Source: Octopus vulgaris (lineage: Eukaryota). Taken from it: a stretch of DNA of 64,000 nt. Below, one piece after another: positions 25,765 through 36,082 of the stretch (position 1 is its first letter; each line of letters begins with the position of its first letter). The translations under genes were made by a program, and so were the position numbers. The notes beneath the pieces were generated by a model. The model saw only the letters and a program-made list of their open reading frames with translations, was not told where the DNA came from and ran no database searches. The stretch is taken from the NCBI GenBank assembly GCA_951406725.2, contig OX597815.1, positions 33,790,001-33,854,000 on the forward strand, written 5' to 3'.

Positions 25765-26100
25765 ATGGCAATGAACTGGCAGAATCGTTAGCATGCCAAG
25801 CGAAATACCACTAAGTGGTATTTCACCTGTCTTCGTGTTCTGAGTTCAAATTCTGCCGAGGTTGACTTTGCCTTTCATCCTTTCGGGGTCGATAAATTAA
25901 GTACCTTGTGTCCAAAGTAGAAATAATTGTTATTATTAAGGCAGTCAGCTGGAAGAATTGTTAGCATTACAAAATGCTTAGCAGCATTTCTTCTGGTTCT
26001 ACATTGAGTTCAAATTCCACTGATGTTGACTTTGCCTTTCATTCTTTCAGGATCAATGAAATAAGCAGCAGTTGGGCACTGGGGTCAATATAATCCCCAT
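25765..26100 (+). mobile_element. Two SINE family B copies
   Basis: ctggcagaatcgttagc...ctgagttcaaattc...gcctttcatcctttcggggtcgataaa. Confidence 0.75.
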
Positions 26101-26207
26101 GCAGCTTCCCCACAAATTTCTATTTCCCCTAAAATGCCCATAATAAAAAGAATTGTTATTATTAGTAGTAATACTGATGAGAAATTTCACTTAATCTGGA
26201 TATATAT

Positions 26208-26648
26208 CATCATCATCATCATCATCGTTTAACCTCCACTTTCCATGCTAGCATGGGTTGGATGATTTTGACTGAGGGCTGGTGAACCAGATGGCTACAT
26301 CAGACTTCAATCTGATCTGGCAGAGTTTCTACAGCTGGATGCCCTTCCTAATACCAACCACTCTGAGAGTAGCACAAGGGCCAGTCAGGCGGTACTAGCA
26401 ACAGCCATGCTCAAATGGTGCTTTTTGTGTGCCACCTGCACAGGAGGCTGTCTTTTACTCTTTTACTGGTTTCAGTCATTTGACTGTGGCCTTGCTGGAG
26501 TACTGCCTTTTAGTCGAGCAAATCGACCCCAGGACTTAGTACTTATTCTATCGGTCTCTTTTGCCAAACCGCTAAGTTACAGGGAGGTAAACACACCAGC
26601 ATTGGTTGTCAAACGATGTTTGGGGAACAAACATAGGCACACAAACAT

Positions 26649-26702
<54 letters not shown>

Positions 26703-26864
26703 TACAAGCTTCTTTCAGTTTCTGTCTAACAAATCCACTCACAAGGCTTTGGTCTGCCTGAGGCTATAGTAGAAGACACTTGCCCAAGGTGCCATGCAGT
26801 GGGACTGAACCCGGAACCGTGTGGTTGGTAAGCAAGCTACTTACCACACAGCTGCTCCTACGCC
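26208..26864 (-). mobile_element. Adjacent SINE family C (26208-26447) and family A (26452-26864) copies
   Basis: Reverse complements of the families described above. Confidence 0.85.
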
Positions 26865-26914
26865 AATATATATATATATATATACTAAGAAGTTAAATGT
26901 TAAGGCTAGCCACA

Positions 26915-26973
26915 GAGGACCATTGGTTCCAAACCTATAAAGCACTTAGCAATATAGATGACTCATCAGACTC
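26915..26973 (-). ncRNA. Degenerate hammerhead ribozyme-like motif
   Basis: GAGU-CUGAUGA-GUC-AUCUAUA...UAUAGGU-UU-GGAAC-CAAUG-GUC-CUC. The GAAA box reads GGAA. Confidence 0.45.
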
Positions 26974-27770
26974 AAATGGTTCAAGGTGTATAACCTCTCT
27001 AGAATTGAAGGAAGAAATACATAATAGCCAGTTGGTTTTGTAAGATATACAATACATGAAAGTTTTCTTGCATAAATTTCAGATCAGATGTTGATGAATA
27101 ATAATTCATTCCATGTATTTTATTGCATAAAAATTGTGCATCAACTCTTTATGTTATAAAATAAGACACAGTTATTTATTGGAATAGAAAACAGGAAAGG
27201 TTTATTTTATCATAAAATATATTAAAAACTGAAACAATTAGATGTCTTCATTTCAAACAGCACTTTATATTTTAATAATATCTAATTAACTAATAATAAA
27301 TTAATTGCATGGGACAATGAGCCATGTTAATTAGGGTGTTTGATTACCAGTTGAAGCTTAAATTTCAATAACTACACTGTGTTGTGGTGTTGTGTCAATC
27401 ATAGCCAATGCTTGACTCTCACTATTTCAGTCTTCCTAGCTGTAAGTAGGTGCATACTTAGTTACATTACAAATAAAAAGGAACATTATTTAATCAACAA
27501 GCATTTTGATAAGCTTGCAGTGATGAGTTCAAATCTTGCTAGAAGCTAGGAACAAGCAACAAGAAGCAATTCCACTTCTCAGACTTGAAAGAAAGGAAGA
27601 AAGAAAGAAAGGAAGAAAACTTTTACAAGTTACATGTGATGTGCTGATGTGAAACAGTTCATCTCACATTAAACATTATCCCACATCAACACCTGCTAGA
27701 TAATTATTTTACTAAACTGTAAGACATTCCATAAAGATATCTTGCTGTGAGACAAACAGTGTGACTTAAT

Positions 27771-28027
27771 ATCATCATCATCATTGTTTAACGTCCGCTT
27801 TCCATGCTAGCATGGGTTGGACGATTTTGACTGAGGGCTGGCGAACCAGATGGCTGCACCAGGCTCCAATCTTGATCTGGCAGGGTTTCTATGGTTGGAT
27901 GCCCTTCCTAATGCCAACCACTCCGAGAGTGTAGTGGGTGGTTTTTACGTGCCACCGGCACGGGGGCCAGTCAGGCAGTACTGGCAATGACACTTGCCAC
28001 CGGCACAGGTGCCAGTGAAGCGACGTT
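27771..28027 (-). mobile_element. SINE-like family C
   Basis: catcatcattgtttaacgtccgctttccatgctagcatgggttggacg... Confidence 0.85.
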
Positions 28028-29058
28028 GGTAACGATCACGCTCGAATATAATGTGTATAATTATTAGCTACTAAGGCATAAAGCGATATGGAATATATTA
28101 CTCCACAAAAGCCTACCTAGTATAAAGTTACTTGAATACCAGCAAATTGGGTATGCTGGCTGTTTCTATTTCTGACTAAACTTTTTCCTATGCAATAGTT
28201 CAAGTCCTGTGTTAAAGTTCACTAATCATTAGTGATCACTTTTAAGAGACATTTTTATTCATGCTAATGGATTTTGTTCTCATTACAGCTATAATTTCAG
28301 CTGATTAAAACTAGTTTTGGCATTAAATATTGTGGCCGGCACTTAACTATATATTCTTCACGGAGAAGACACTTTGGAGAAATGTTTAAACATAATTTTG
28401 TTTTAATTTTCCTAATCACTGAATTATTTTCATGAATAAAAACTTTGTATATTAATCATTCTGGCATTTTGGCAGCTAGGAGTTGACTATGCTCTAATGG
28501 GGACTTCTGAAAATACTGAAATATATCTGGAGTTGTCACATAGGTACCAAAAATCAAAATCACTGAAAATCTTTAAGTTTTGGTCACTTAAAGTTTTCGA
28601 AAGTTCTTCCTTTTGTCCCTTCAAAGAGTAATGTTTATTTATCCTAATGACTTTACTCATTATAATTTCAATTAATTGAAAATTATTTTCGGTTCACCCC
28701 AGGAAAGCAGCATGCATTTAATCAGATATTTTATTTAACAGATTCAGATCTGTTCAGGCAGTACTACAGACGGGATAGATAGCATCAACCGTAATATCAA
28801 TCATGACATACCAAAACGGAGCCTCAACAGTTCGGAGGAGTGACAGAGGCAAATAACTTTCTTTCGGTACTTTGTTATTGCAGAGATAATATAAAATGTT
28901 AGACTTTCACTTTAAAAAACAACATTCTGAAGAAAATATAAAACCATGGTTGAGTTGTTTCTCTGTCTATTTTTTGTTATTTTCTTCGTTAAGAATAAAT
29001 CCCCAACCCATCACTCCTACTAGGCGGATGTTAATTCGAGAGAGAAACGTAAACCTAC

Positions 29059-29110
29059 CTGTTGTACACGGTTAGCGTCGTGTTGTCATGGCCACAGACT
29101 GACGGTTTCC
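29059..29110 (-). other. NME8: Putative non-coding first exon of the NME8-like gene (5' boundary unknown)
   Basis: Strong CAG|GTAGGT donor at 29058 in a locally CpG-containing, repeat-free stretch next to an X-box-like motif. The ATG-containing exon has an acceptor, so an upstream exon is required. Confidence 0.55.
29082..29095 (-). promoter_or_regulatory. RFX X-box-like motif (GTGGCCATGACAAC)
   Basis: One mismatch to the GTHNYY-AT-RRNAAC consensus, at the predicted TSS of a motile-cilia gene. Confidence 0.55.
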
Positions 29111-30578
29111 TATAAAGTGTCATTAAAACTATGGGAGACCATACATGCACTGTTTTCATATAATGATTTCAAAACGGCAGTTGGTTTTAAATTGATATTT
29201 TATTATCTATTCAGACAAATATTTTAAAATATACTTTTGTAGATTCTATAGAAAACCCAAAACCGAAGTAAACATTTACTTATGAGCAACATAAGCAGTG
29301 AAACGCTGCAAATTAACACCAACAACGGCTATGTCACAGCACTCTTGATAATAACAACTTCCAGTTCCAAAAACAACTACGACCCAATAACAAAAAGCTC
29401 CTTTATTAAACATTTCCTGATATATCAGGCAAAAAAAAAAAAAGATGAAAATAAAATACAAAACACCGCTCGCACTTTGAATCAGTACGTTGTAAAAAAA
29501 AGTTGCTCGGCCTGCTAGAAATACCAGCTAAATCTCAACTCGCATCCTGCTGTCTGAAAAATGAAGGTTACGTTTGAATATTATTATGCTAGAGGTATTA
29601 TGCCTGAAAATAAATAACATGAGTTTATTACAACCGGAATCACGGCTCCAATAACAACTAATCGTACCTGCCGCAAACAGTTTTAAAATTCAACTTAAAA
29701 AATAGCACCACGAATCCAATACCCTTTCTATGGAACTTGACGATTTCATCCATCCCAGGACTCGACTTGTGTTTATTTTATCGACCCCGAAAAGATGAAA
29801 AGCAAAATCGATCTAGGCGAAATTCGAACTCAGATCATAGAGAGCTGGAAGAAATGTTGCCAAGCATCTTACCGATGGGCTAACAATTCTGATAGCTCGC
29901 CGCTTTCATCTACTTTGATATCACTAATTTACTCTTTCCCCGCTGTAAATCACTGCACTCAAATATTATACAATTACAGCCAATAGCTTCAACAACAGGG
30001 AAAAAAGCATCAGGCACGTATCATTTCTAAATACTATAGAATGAAACGCGTAGCGATTTTTCTTTTTTTCTTTCTTCTTCTGCCTTTTTTTTTTTCTTTT
30101 CTTTTTGACATAAGCAAAACTTATTACTTGAGTACAAAATGGTCGACATCAACTTTAGAAATAACACAAAACACTCGATAGTAAACTACGAATCACCTGA
30201 GGTATCATCACCTCAGACTTTTACAGGATGATGATTTTCAAATGGGATATCCTGACATGATAAACCTGAATCCTCAGATTGCACTGGATGGAGTTTGGAC
30301 ACAGACACATTACCATCACCATCAATATCAATGATGCCAAAACTACCAACATCATTAACACCATGCCAACATTAGTACAACTACCTCTACCATTCCAATC
30401 TTCACCATCATTGACAACACCACACACAATATCACAAGCACAACTACCACTTACAATCAAGGGAACCTCTACACCAGAAGTTCTCAACCATATTTTACTA
30501 GTTTTATAGGATCTTCTTTCAAAATTCCTAATTTGTTTTTCCACACATTAACTTGCTTAGGTTGAACTATATAAAATA

Positions 30579-30917
30579 CTAGCAGTATCGCCCGGCGTTG
30601 CTCGGGTTTTTAAGGGAAATAACTATATAAGCATTTTTAGAGATGTAAAGTATAATAGCCATCTCAATATGGCTAACCACAAAGGGGGGGTGTTACTGTA
30701 GCTTTTTATGTTCTGAGATTTAATAAATTTTTAGAGAGTTACTTCCCTTATATATGCCAAAAATGCATAAAAAATGGGAAAAATTGATGGTAAATTTTTT
30801 TTAAATCGTAGACTCATCGTAGACGCGCGCTAATACCCAGAAGAGCTCGATATGAATCACGACTATAAGATACCCGATTTTGGTTAAACTGCACCGCAAA
30901 ATGTGGGAGTAGTTAGT
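30579..30917 (-). mobile_element. Non-autonomous Helitron-like element (3' end)
   Basis: Minus strand ends in a GC hairpin (cccgagcaacgccggg), 8 nt, then CTAG|T, the canonical Helitron 3' terminus. The 5' boundary is uncertain. Confidence 0.7.
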
Positions 30918-31142
30918 CTCTGATATAGGGAAAAATGTGATGGTCACAGTTTGAGTATTTTTGATCATAGGTCTGTTCAAAACGGTGCTGACCTGGTGCT
31001 AAGCAACAATGAAACTGTCACTACTACAGAGATAATATTTTGCAGTATTATCTATATAATTATTGTACCTTCAGTTAAATTTGAAACATAGTGTATATTA
31101 TTCTCATTATTTTTAGTCTTTAAGCTTTCAAGATAAGGATAT

Positions 31143-31530
31143 AGGCATAGGAGTGGCTGTGGTAGGTAGGTTGCTTATGAACCACATGGTTCCGGGTTCA
31201 GTCCCACTGCGTGGCACCTTGGGCAAGTGTCTTCTACTATAGCCTCGGGCCGACCAAAGGCTTGTGAGTGGATTTGGTAGATGGAAAGTGAAAGAAGCCC
31301 GTCGTATATATGTGTGTGTGAATATGTTTGTGTGTCTGTTTGTCTCCCCAACATCGCTTGACAACTGATGGTGGTGTGTTTACGTCCCCGTTACTTAGCG
31401 GTTCAGCAAAAGAGACCAATAGAATAAGTACTAGGCTTACAAAGAATAAGTCCTGGGGTCGATTTGCCTGATTAAAGGCAGTGCTCCAGCATGGCCACAG
31501 TCACATGACTGAAACAAGTCAAAAGAGAGA
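31143..31530 (+). mobile_element. SINE family A, full length
   Basis: Head-to-tail match to 63271-63680. Confidence 0.88.
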
Positions 31531-31573
31531 GTATGCATAGCATGAAAGAATTTATTTATGCTATCCCAAATTA

Positions 31574-32370
31574 TGTGGTCTGATCAAAAAGTATCCGGAC
31601 GATTGCCATAGTAAAAAAGCTAAAGCACACAGAGTGAAGTTGCTGGGCACAGATTGACCTTGAGCTCCGCTGTGCATGCACACTAAGTTTTAACATTCTA
31701 GCTCACTTCCACTGTTTACAGCAGTGCTTGGAAGGAAGGTGTGTAGCGTGTGATTGTTGCATTGACCATGACAAAGAAAGTTAAGCAGAGAATCTGCATC
31801 AAATTTTGCCAAAAGCTTGGCAATACCTGCTCAGAGGCCTACACAAAATTTTCAAAAAGTTTTCATTGTTCTTGACACAATCAAGATCTTGTGCAACTGA
31901 AACCTGAGTGTTATTTTGATCAGCTGAAAGCAGTTTTGGCACAAACTTGGCAGACACACGTCTCATACACAAATCTTCAGTGATAACTGACTAAACTGAA
32001 CCGTAACTAATTTGCACATCCTCTGATAACTCATGGATGGTGATTCCATGATTTCCCTCATCTGAAACTGAACCACTCATACACTTGTGTGTAGCTTTTA
32101 CACTCCTCTCCATACACTTTCTGCAACTTTTCATAGGCTTCTGAGCAGGTATCACCATGACAACTTTCTCTGTCATGGTCAATGCGATGATCACACACTA
32201 CACACCTTCCTTCCAAGCACTGCTGTAAACAACGAAAGTGAGCTAGAATATTAAAACTTAGTGCGCATGCACAGCAGAGGACAAGGTCAATCTTTGCCAA
32301 GCGGTTTCATTCTGCATGCTTTAACTTCATTACTATGGCAACAGTCCAGATACTTAGTGATCAGACCTTG
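31574..32370. mobile_element. Mariner-derived MITE made of two inverted 5' ends
   Basis: TA-flanked. Inverted arms of about 270 bp each carry the TIR, leader and transposase start (MTKKVKQRICIKFCQKLGNTCSEAY on +; DTCSEAYEKLQKVYGEEC..TQVYEWF on -). Confidence 0.88.
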
Positions 32371-33337
32371 TATTTCGATTATAGTTGCTGTGATTAATGG
32401 TGATTATTCATCAAGTGGAGCAGATAGGGGTTAATTTGCATTGCTGGGAGGAAGAGGTGGGATTGACAGTGGAAGCAGTCTGACCTAGACAATGCTTTTA
32501 CAGTGGGTAGGAGATGCCTTTGGTTTGCTGTGTAAGTCTGTACAAGGGTAGGAGTTGGGGGTGGAAAACTGAAGGGCTGTTCTAGGTAGCACACACTAAC
32601 TACACCAATGGTTTGGGTAACATTTCTGCAGGCGGATATTCTTGGATGGTGATTCTTCAAGTGATCACCAACTACTTCTCAGGTTGCTAGGCCTGCATAG
32701 TACTTATCCACAGCACATCTTGAATCTGTAATTCCCTGACAACAGAACCCCATTGATTTGGAACCCTTTGTACTTACATAGCTTTATAACATCTCCTCAA
32801 AATGCACACAGCCCCATTTATAAATGGTGGCACTTCACATCTTCCCACTTACTGCCTAGATACAGATGCACAGCTTCTAATCTAAATCCTCTACTTACAA
32901 ACTTAACTCTGAATATCATCGTCATTGTCATCATCATCATCTCCATTGTTTAACATCTGCTTTCCATGCTGGCATGGGTTGGAAGCCAATGGCCTGCCTC
33001 AAACTCCAATGTCTGCTCTGACATGGTTTCTACTGCTGGATGCCCTTCCTAATGCCAACTCCTTTAGGAAGGTATCCAGGTTAACAATAATAGGTATTTG
33101 TCAAAATTCCTAACCACGAGTGTTCAGCTTGCCAGACTGAGCTACCAGGATCATTGAATTAGACAGCAATGCAAATTAACCCTTTTGGCCAATCCTGTAT
33201 ATATATATATATATATGTCACTACAAAGATAAGCTAAAGAGGTCAACAACTTCAAGAACTGAAAGTAGTGAATATATATATATATATATATATATAGAAT
33301 AAATCTCTGAGCATGGTATACACAGTAGCTGCACGAC

Positions 33338-33661
33338 ATCATGAAGTATATTTTCCACTTAAATGTGGCTAACCCTTAAGAGTGGATGCTACTGTAGCTT
33401 GTAGCCCCAGGAGGACACCTCCTCCAGCTGGCTATTGACACACTTTCTGTGCTCTATCAATATTTGCAAAGGGAAGTCATCCTTCCCATCTTCAACCTGA
33501 CGTGATACACAAGGACCCGGGTTTCTAGATATTTGCAAATGCTGATAGGGCACAGAAAGTGTGTCAATAGCCAGCTGGATGAGATGTCCTCCTGGGACTA
33601 CAAGCTACTGTAGTATCCACCCTTAAGGGTTAGCCACATTCAAGTGGCAAATATACTTCAT

Positions 33662-33664
<3 letters not shown>
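33338..33664. mobile_element. Palindromic MITE (arms about 135 bp)
   Basis: atcatgaagtatattt.ccactt...tttgcaaa / tttgcaaa...aagtggcaaatatacttcatgat. Confidence 0.85.
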
Positions 33665-33697
<33 letters not shown>

Positions 33698-34109
33698 TAT
33701 ACCTTTTACTCATTTACTTGTTTCAGTCATTGGACTACAGTCATGCTGCAAACCACTTTGTAGGGTTAGTCAAGCAAATCAACCCCAGTACTCATTGTAA
33801 GTGCTTATTCTACTGGTCTCTTCCACGAAACCGTTATATTATGGAGATGTAAACAAACCAACAGTTTCTCACCCACTAGAGTACACACGCACGCATGCAT
33901 AAGTAAACAATGGGTTCGAATAAAATATGCCTGGCGTCTTTATCTCAGAACAGTTGTAGTTATACAGCTTGGAGAAGGCTGACAAAGCACAACACTTAGT
34001 GATAACAGACGTCTGAAGATTTGAGCTTACTCCTATAATTGGATTATCTACCCTATTCTCATTACTCATACCTTCAGTTTTACCCAGTATACTGAATTAT
34101 TCAGTATTG

Positions 34110-34282
34110 CAGTGCTCCGCAGCCGGTATGCCGTGGCATACTGGTGTACCACAGGACGATGCTAGGTGTGTCGCAGAGTAATCTGAATATAATTTTTTCC
34201 CCTATATTTTTAGTTTAGGTGCGCCACTGATTTAAAAAAAAATATAAGTGTAGCGCAAGTGAAATACGGTTGCGGAGCACCA
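34110..34282. mobile_element. hAT-like MITE remnant
   Basis: cagtgctccgcagccg ... cggttgcggagcac termini. No clear TSD. Confidence 0.5.
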
Positions 34283-35318
34283 CTATTTTAAACAAATGTA
34301 ATTATTAACACAGTATAAAATATAACAAAGATAACCTTCAAGCAACTTCAAATCTATGTAGCATGAATATATGCTTACTTAATTAAGATCCTCTGTTATT
34401 TAAAATATTTAGAATTAAATATGCTAGGTTAGCCCAGGCCCATCGCTAGACTTTGGTGTCTGAGTATGCTTCAGAATATATTGGGTGAGACTAATTTGTA
34501 TTGTGGGAAAATTTTTGTAAACTGCATTTTCTAAATCTGGGAGTGCACCATTGAATAATGAGAGTGCATGTCATCCAGTACTCCCAACCCGCAGCGACGG
34601 GAATGGTTTAGCTTCAAGCTGCCCCAAGCATTCCAGCCTTGATTATTTCGTCTTTACTTCTTTTTCTTTCTATATATAAGTCTACATTATCAAATGCTTT
34701 GTTACTGTTTCAAGATGTGAGTTAATGGAATTTGGCAGCTACTTCTAGCAGGTCAAGCGACCTTCGTCACCCCATTGAATAATTTTTTTAGTGACTTTTG
34801 AGTATCTCTTTTATTTTTTAACATACAGAGCTAAACAAAACTGTAAAACAAAAATAATTTTGCCCGTTCGTTTTGTTTGTTCATTAATTCTAAGCAAATT
34901 TATTTGCTAGAACATTATTTTTACTTATCATTTTTGAAGAACTTTTCATATTAGTTTTACAATCATCTCCTAGTGACATGCAGTTAGCAAAATTTGAAAC
35001 AATATCATAACGAACCATTAATTAATTGCTTTAATTCGGTGCGCTGACGATTAGTAATCTTTGGGAAAGCAAATGGAAACGAAAGTTCACAGAAGTGAAT
35101 AGTTGTATGCTGTGAAAAAAAAAAAGAGAGTGAGAGAGAGAATCCTAAAGTTTCAAACAGGCTACGTCGTTGGGTTACAAATGTTAAAATTCACTGCTTC
35201 TCACAAAATACGAACTTGGTTCAGACTGAAGCCGTCTTTGGACAAATATTTAGTTGGAACTAAAGGGAAGTAACTCTGATTACTTATCGTCTTAAATCTG
35301 AAGTCCATCGATCATCGC

Positions 35319-35328
35319 TATATAAAAG
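35319..35328 (+). promoter_or_regulatory. TATA box (TATATAAAAG) upstream of the GNAT gene
   Basis: Consensus TATAWAAR ending about 65 bp before the ATG at 35393. Confidence 0.55.
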
Positions 35329-35392
35329 ATGTTTTGCTGGCCATGATATCCATGGAGCGGCAGCTAAGCAGAAGAAGAAATAAATAATCGCA

Positions 35393-36082
35393 ATGACAGA
35401 GTCAGTTACCAGGCACACAATTCGTCAATGGACAGTAGCTGACAGCCAGGATACATGGACTGTAGTGAAACTTGGTAGTAAAAATTACATTAACCTGTTG
35501 TTTAAGGCTCTTCTTTTCCGACGGAGCTCTGCACTCTTGTTTTCGGCTGCTATGACATGTGTTTTAATAAAAACCGAAAGCAACATCACCTTGGCCAAGC
35601 TGTTCGGTGGAATTCTTTGCTACTGTGCATGTATCTATTTTTTCACTCTTCTTGGATTCCTTTACTATCTGTATGGACCTCCTCTCCGTGACATGTCGGA
35701 TGTCACCGGTGTTTATCTATCTGACCCTGACAATAATTTCTGGGTGGCAGTATGCAAAGACAAAGTAGTCGGAACCATTGCTATTGTGAAAAAGGATAAA
35801 GCTAATTTTGATAAAAATGTCAAAAAGGTTGCCTGGCTGCGTCGTATGTTTGTTCACCCAAATTACCGGAGACGTGGTATTGCAAGAGATCTTTTGAATT
35901 CTTCCATTGAGTTTTGTCGTAGACAAGGTTACGATGCTATTGAATTGATAACAACAGAAGTAAACGAACATGCGAGGCAGCTTTATAGACACGCTGGTTT
36001 CAGGTGTGTTGCTGCCAAGGCTTACCCATATCTCTGTGGTTTGATCTCTGTTTGGACTTACGAATGTATATATTATTTATAA
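35393..36082 (+). CDS. Intronless camello/NAT8-like GNAT N-acetyltransferase with an N-terminal hydrophobic (membrane) insert, 229 aa
   Basis: IR.W...D start, hydrophobic segment at about aa 35-95, DMSD...YL....FWVA....VVG.IA, LRRMFV...RRRGIA acetyl-CoA motif, L.T...N..A..LY...GF. Confidence 0.92.
   Translation: MTESVTRHTIRQWTVADSQDTWTVVKLGSKNYINLLFKALLFRRSSALLFSAAMTCVLIKTESNITLAKLFGGILCYCACIYFFTLLGFLYYLYGPPLRDMSDVTGVYLSDPDNNFWVAVCKDKVVGTIAIVKKDKANFDKNVKKVAWLRRMFVHPNYRRRGIARDLLNSSIEFCRRQGYDAIELITTEVNEHARQLYRHAGFRCVAAKAYPYLCGLISVWTYECIYYL

Noticed and set aside
30012-30056. Hairpin followed by GAAAC-GC-GUA
   Set aside because: The CUGANGA box is absent. At most a decayed remnant.
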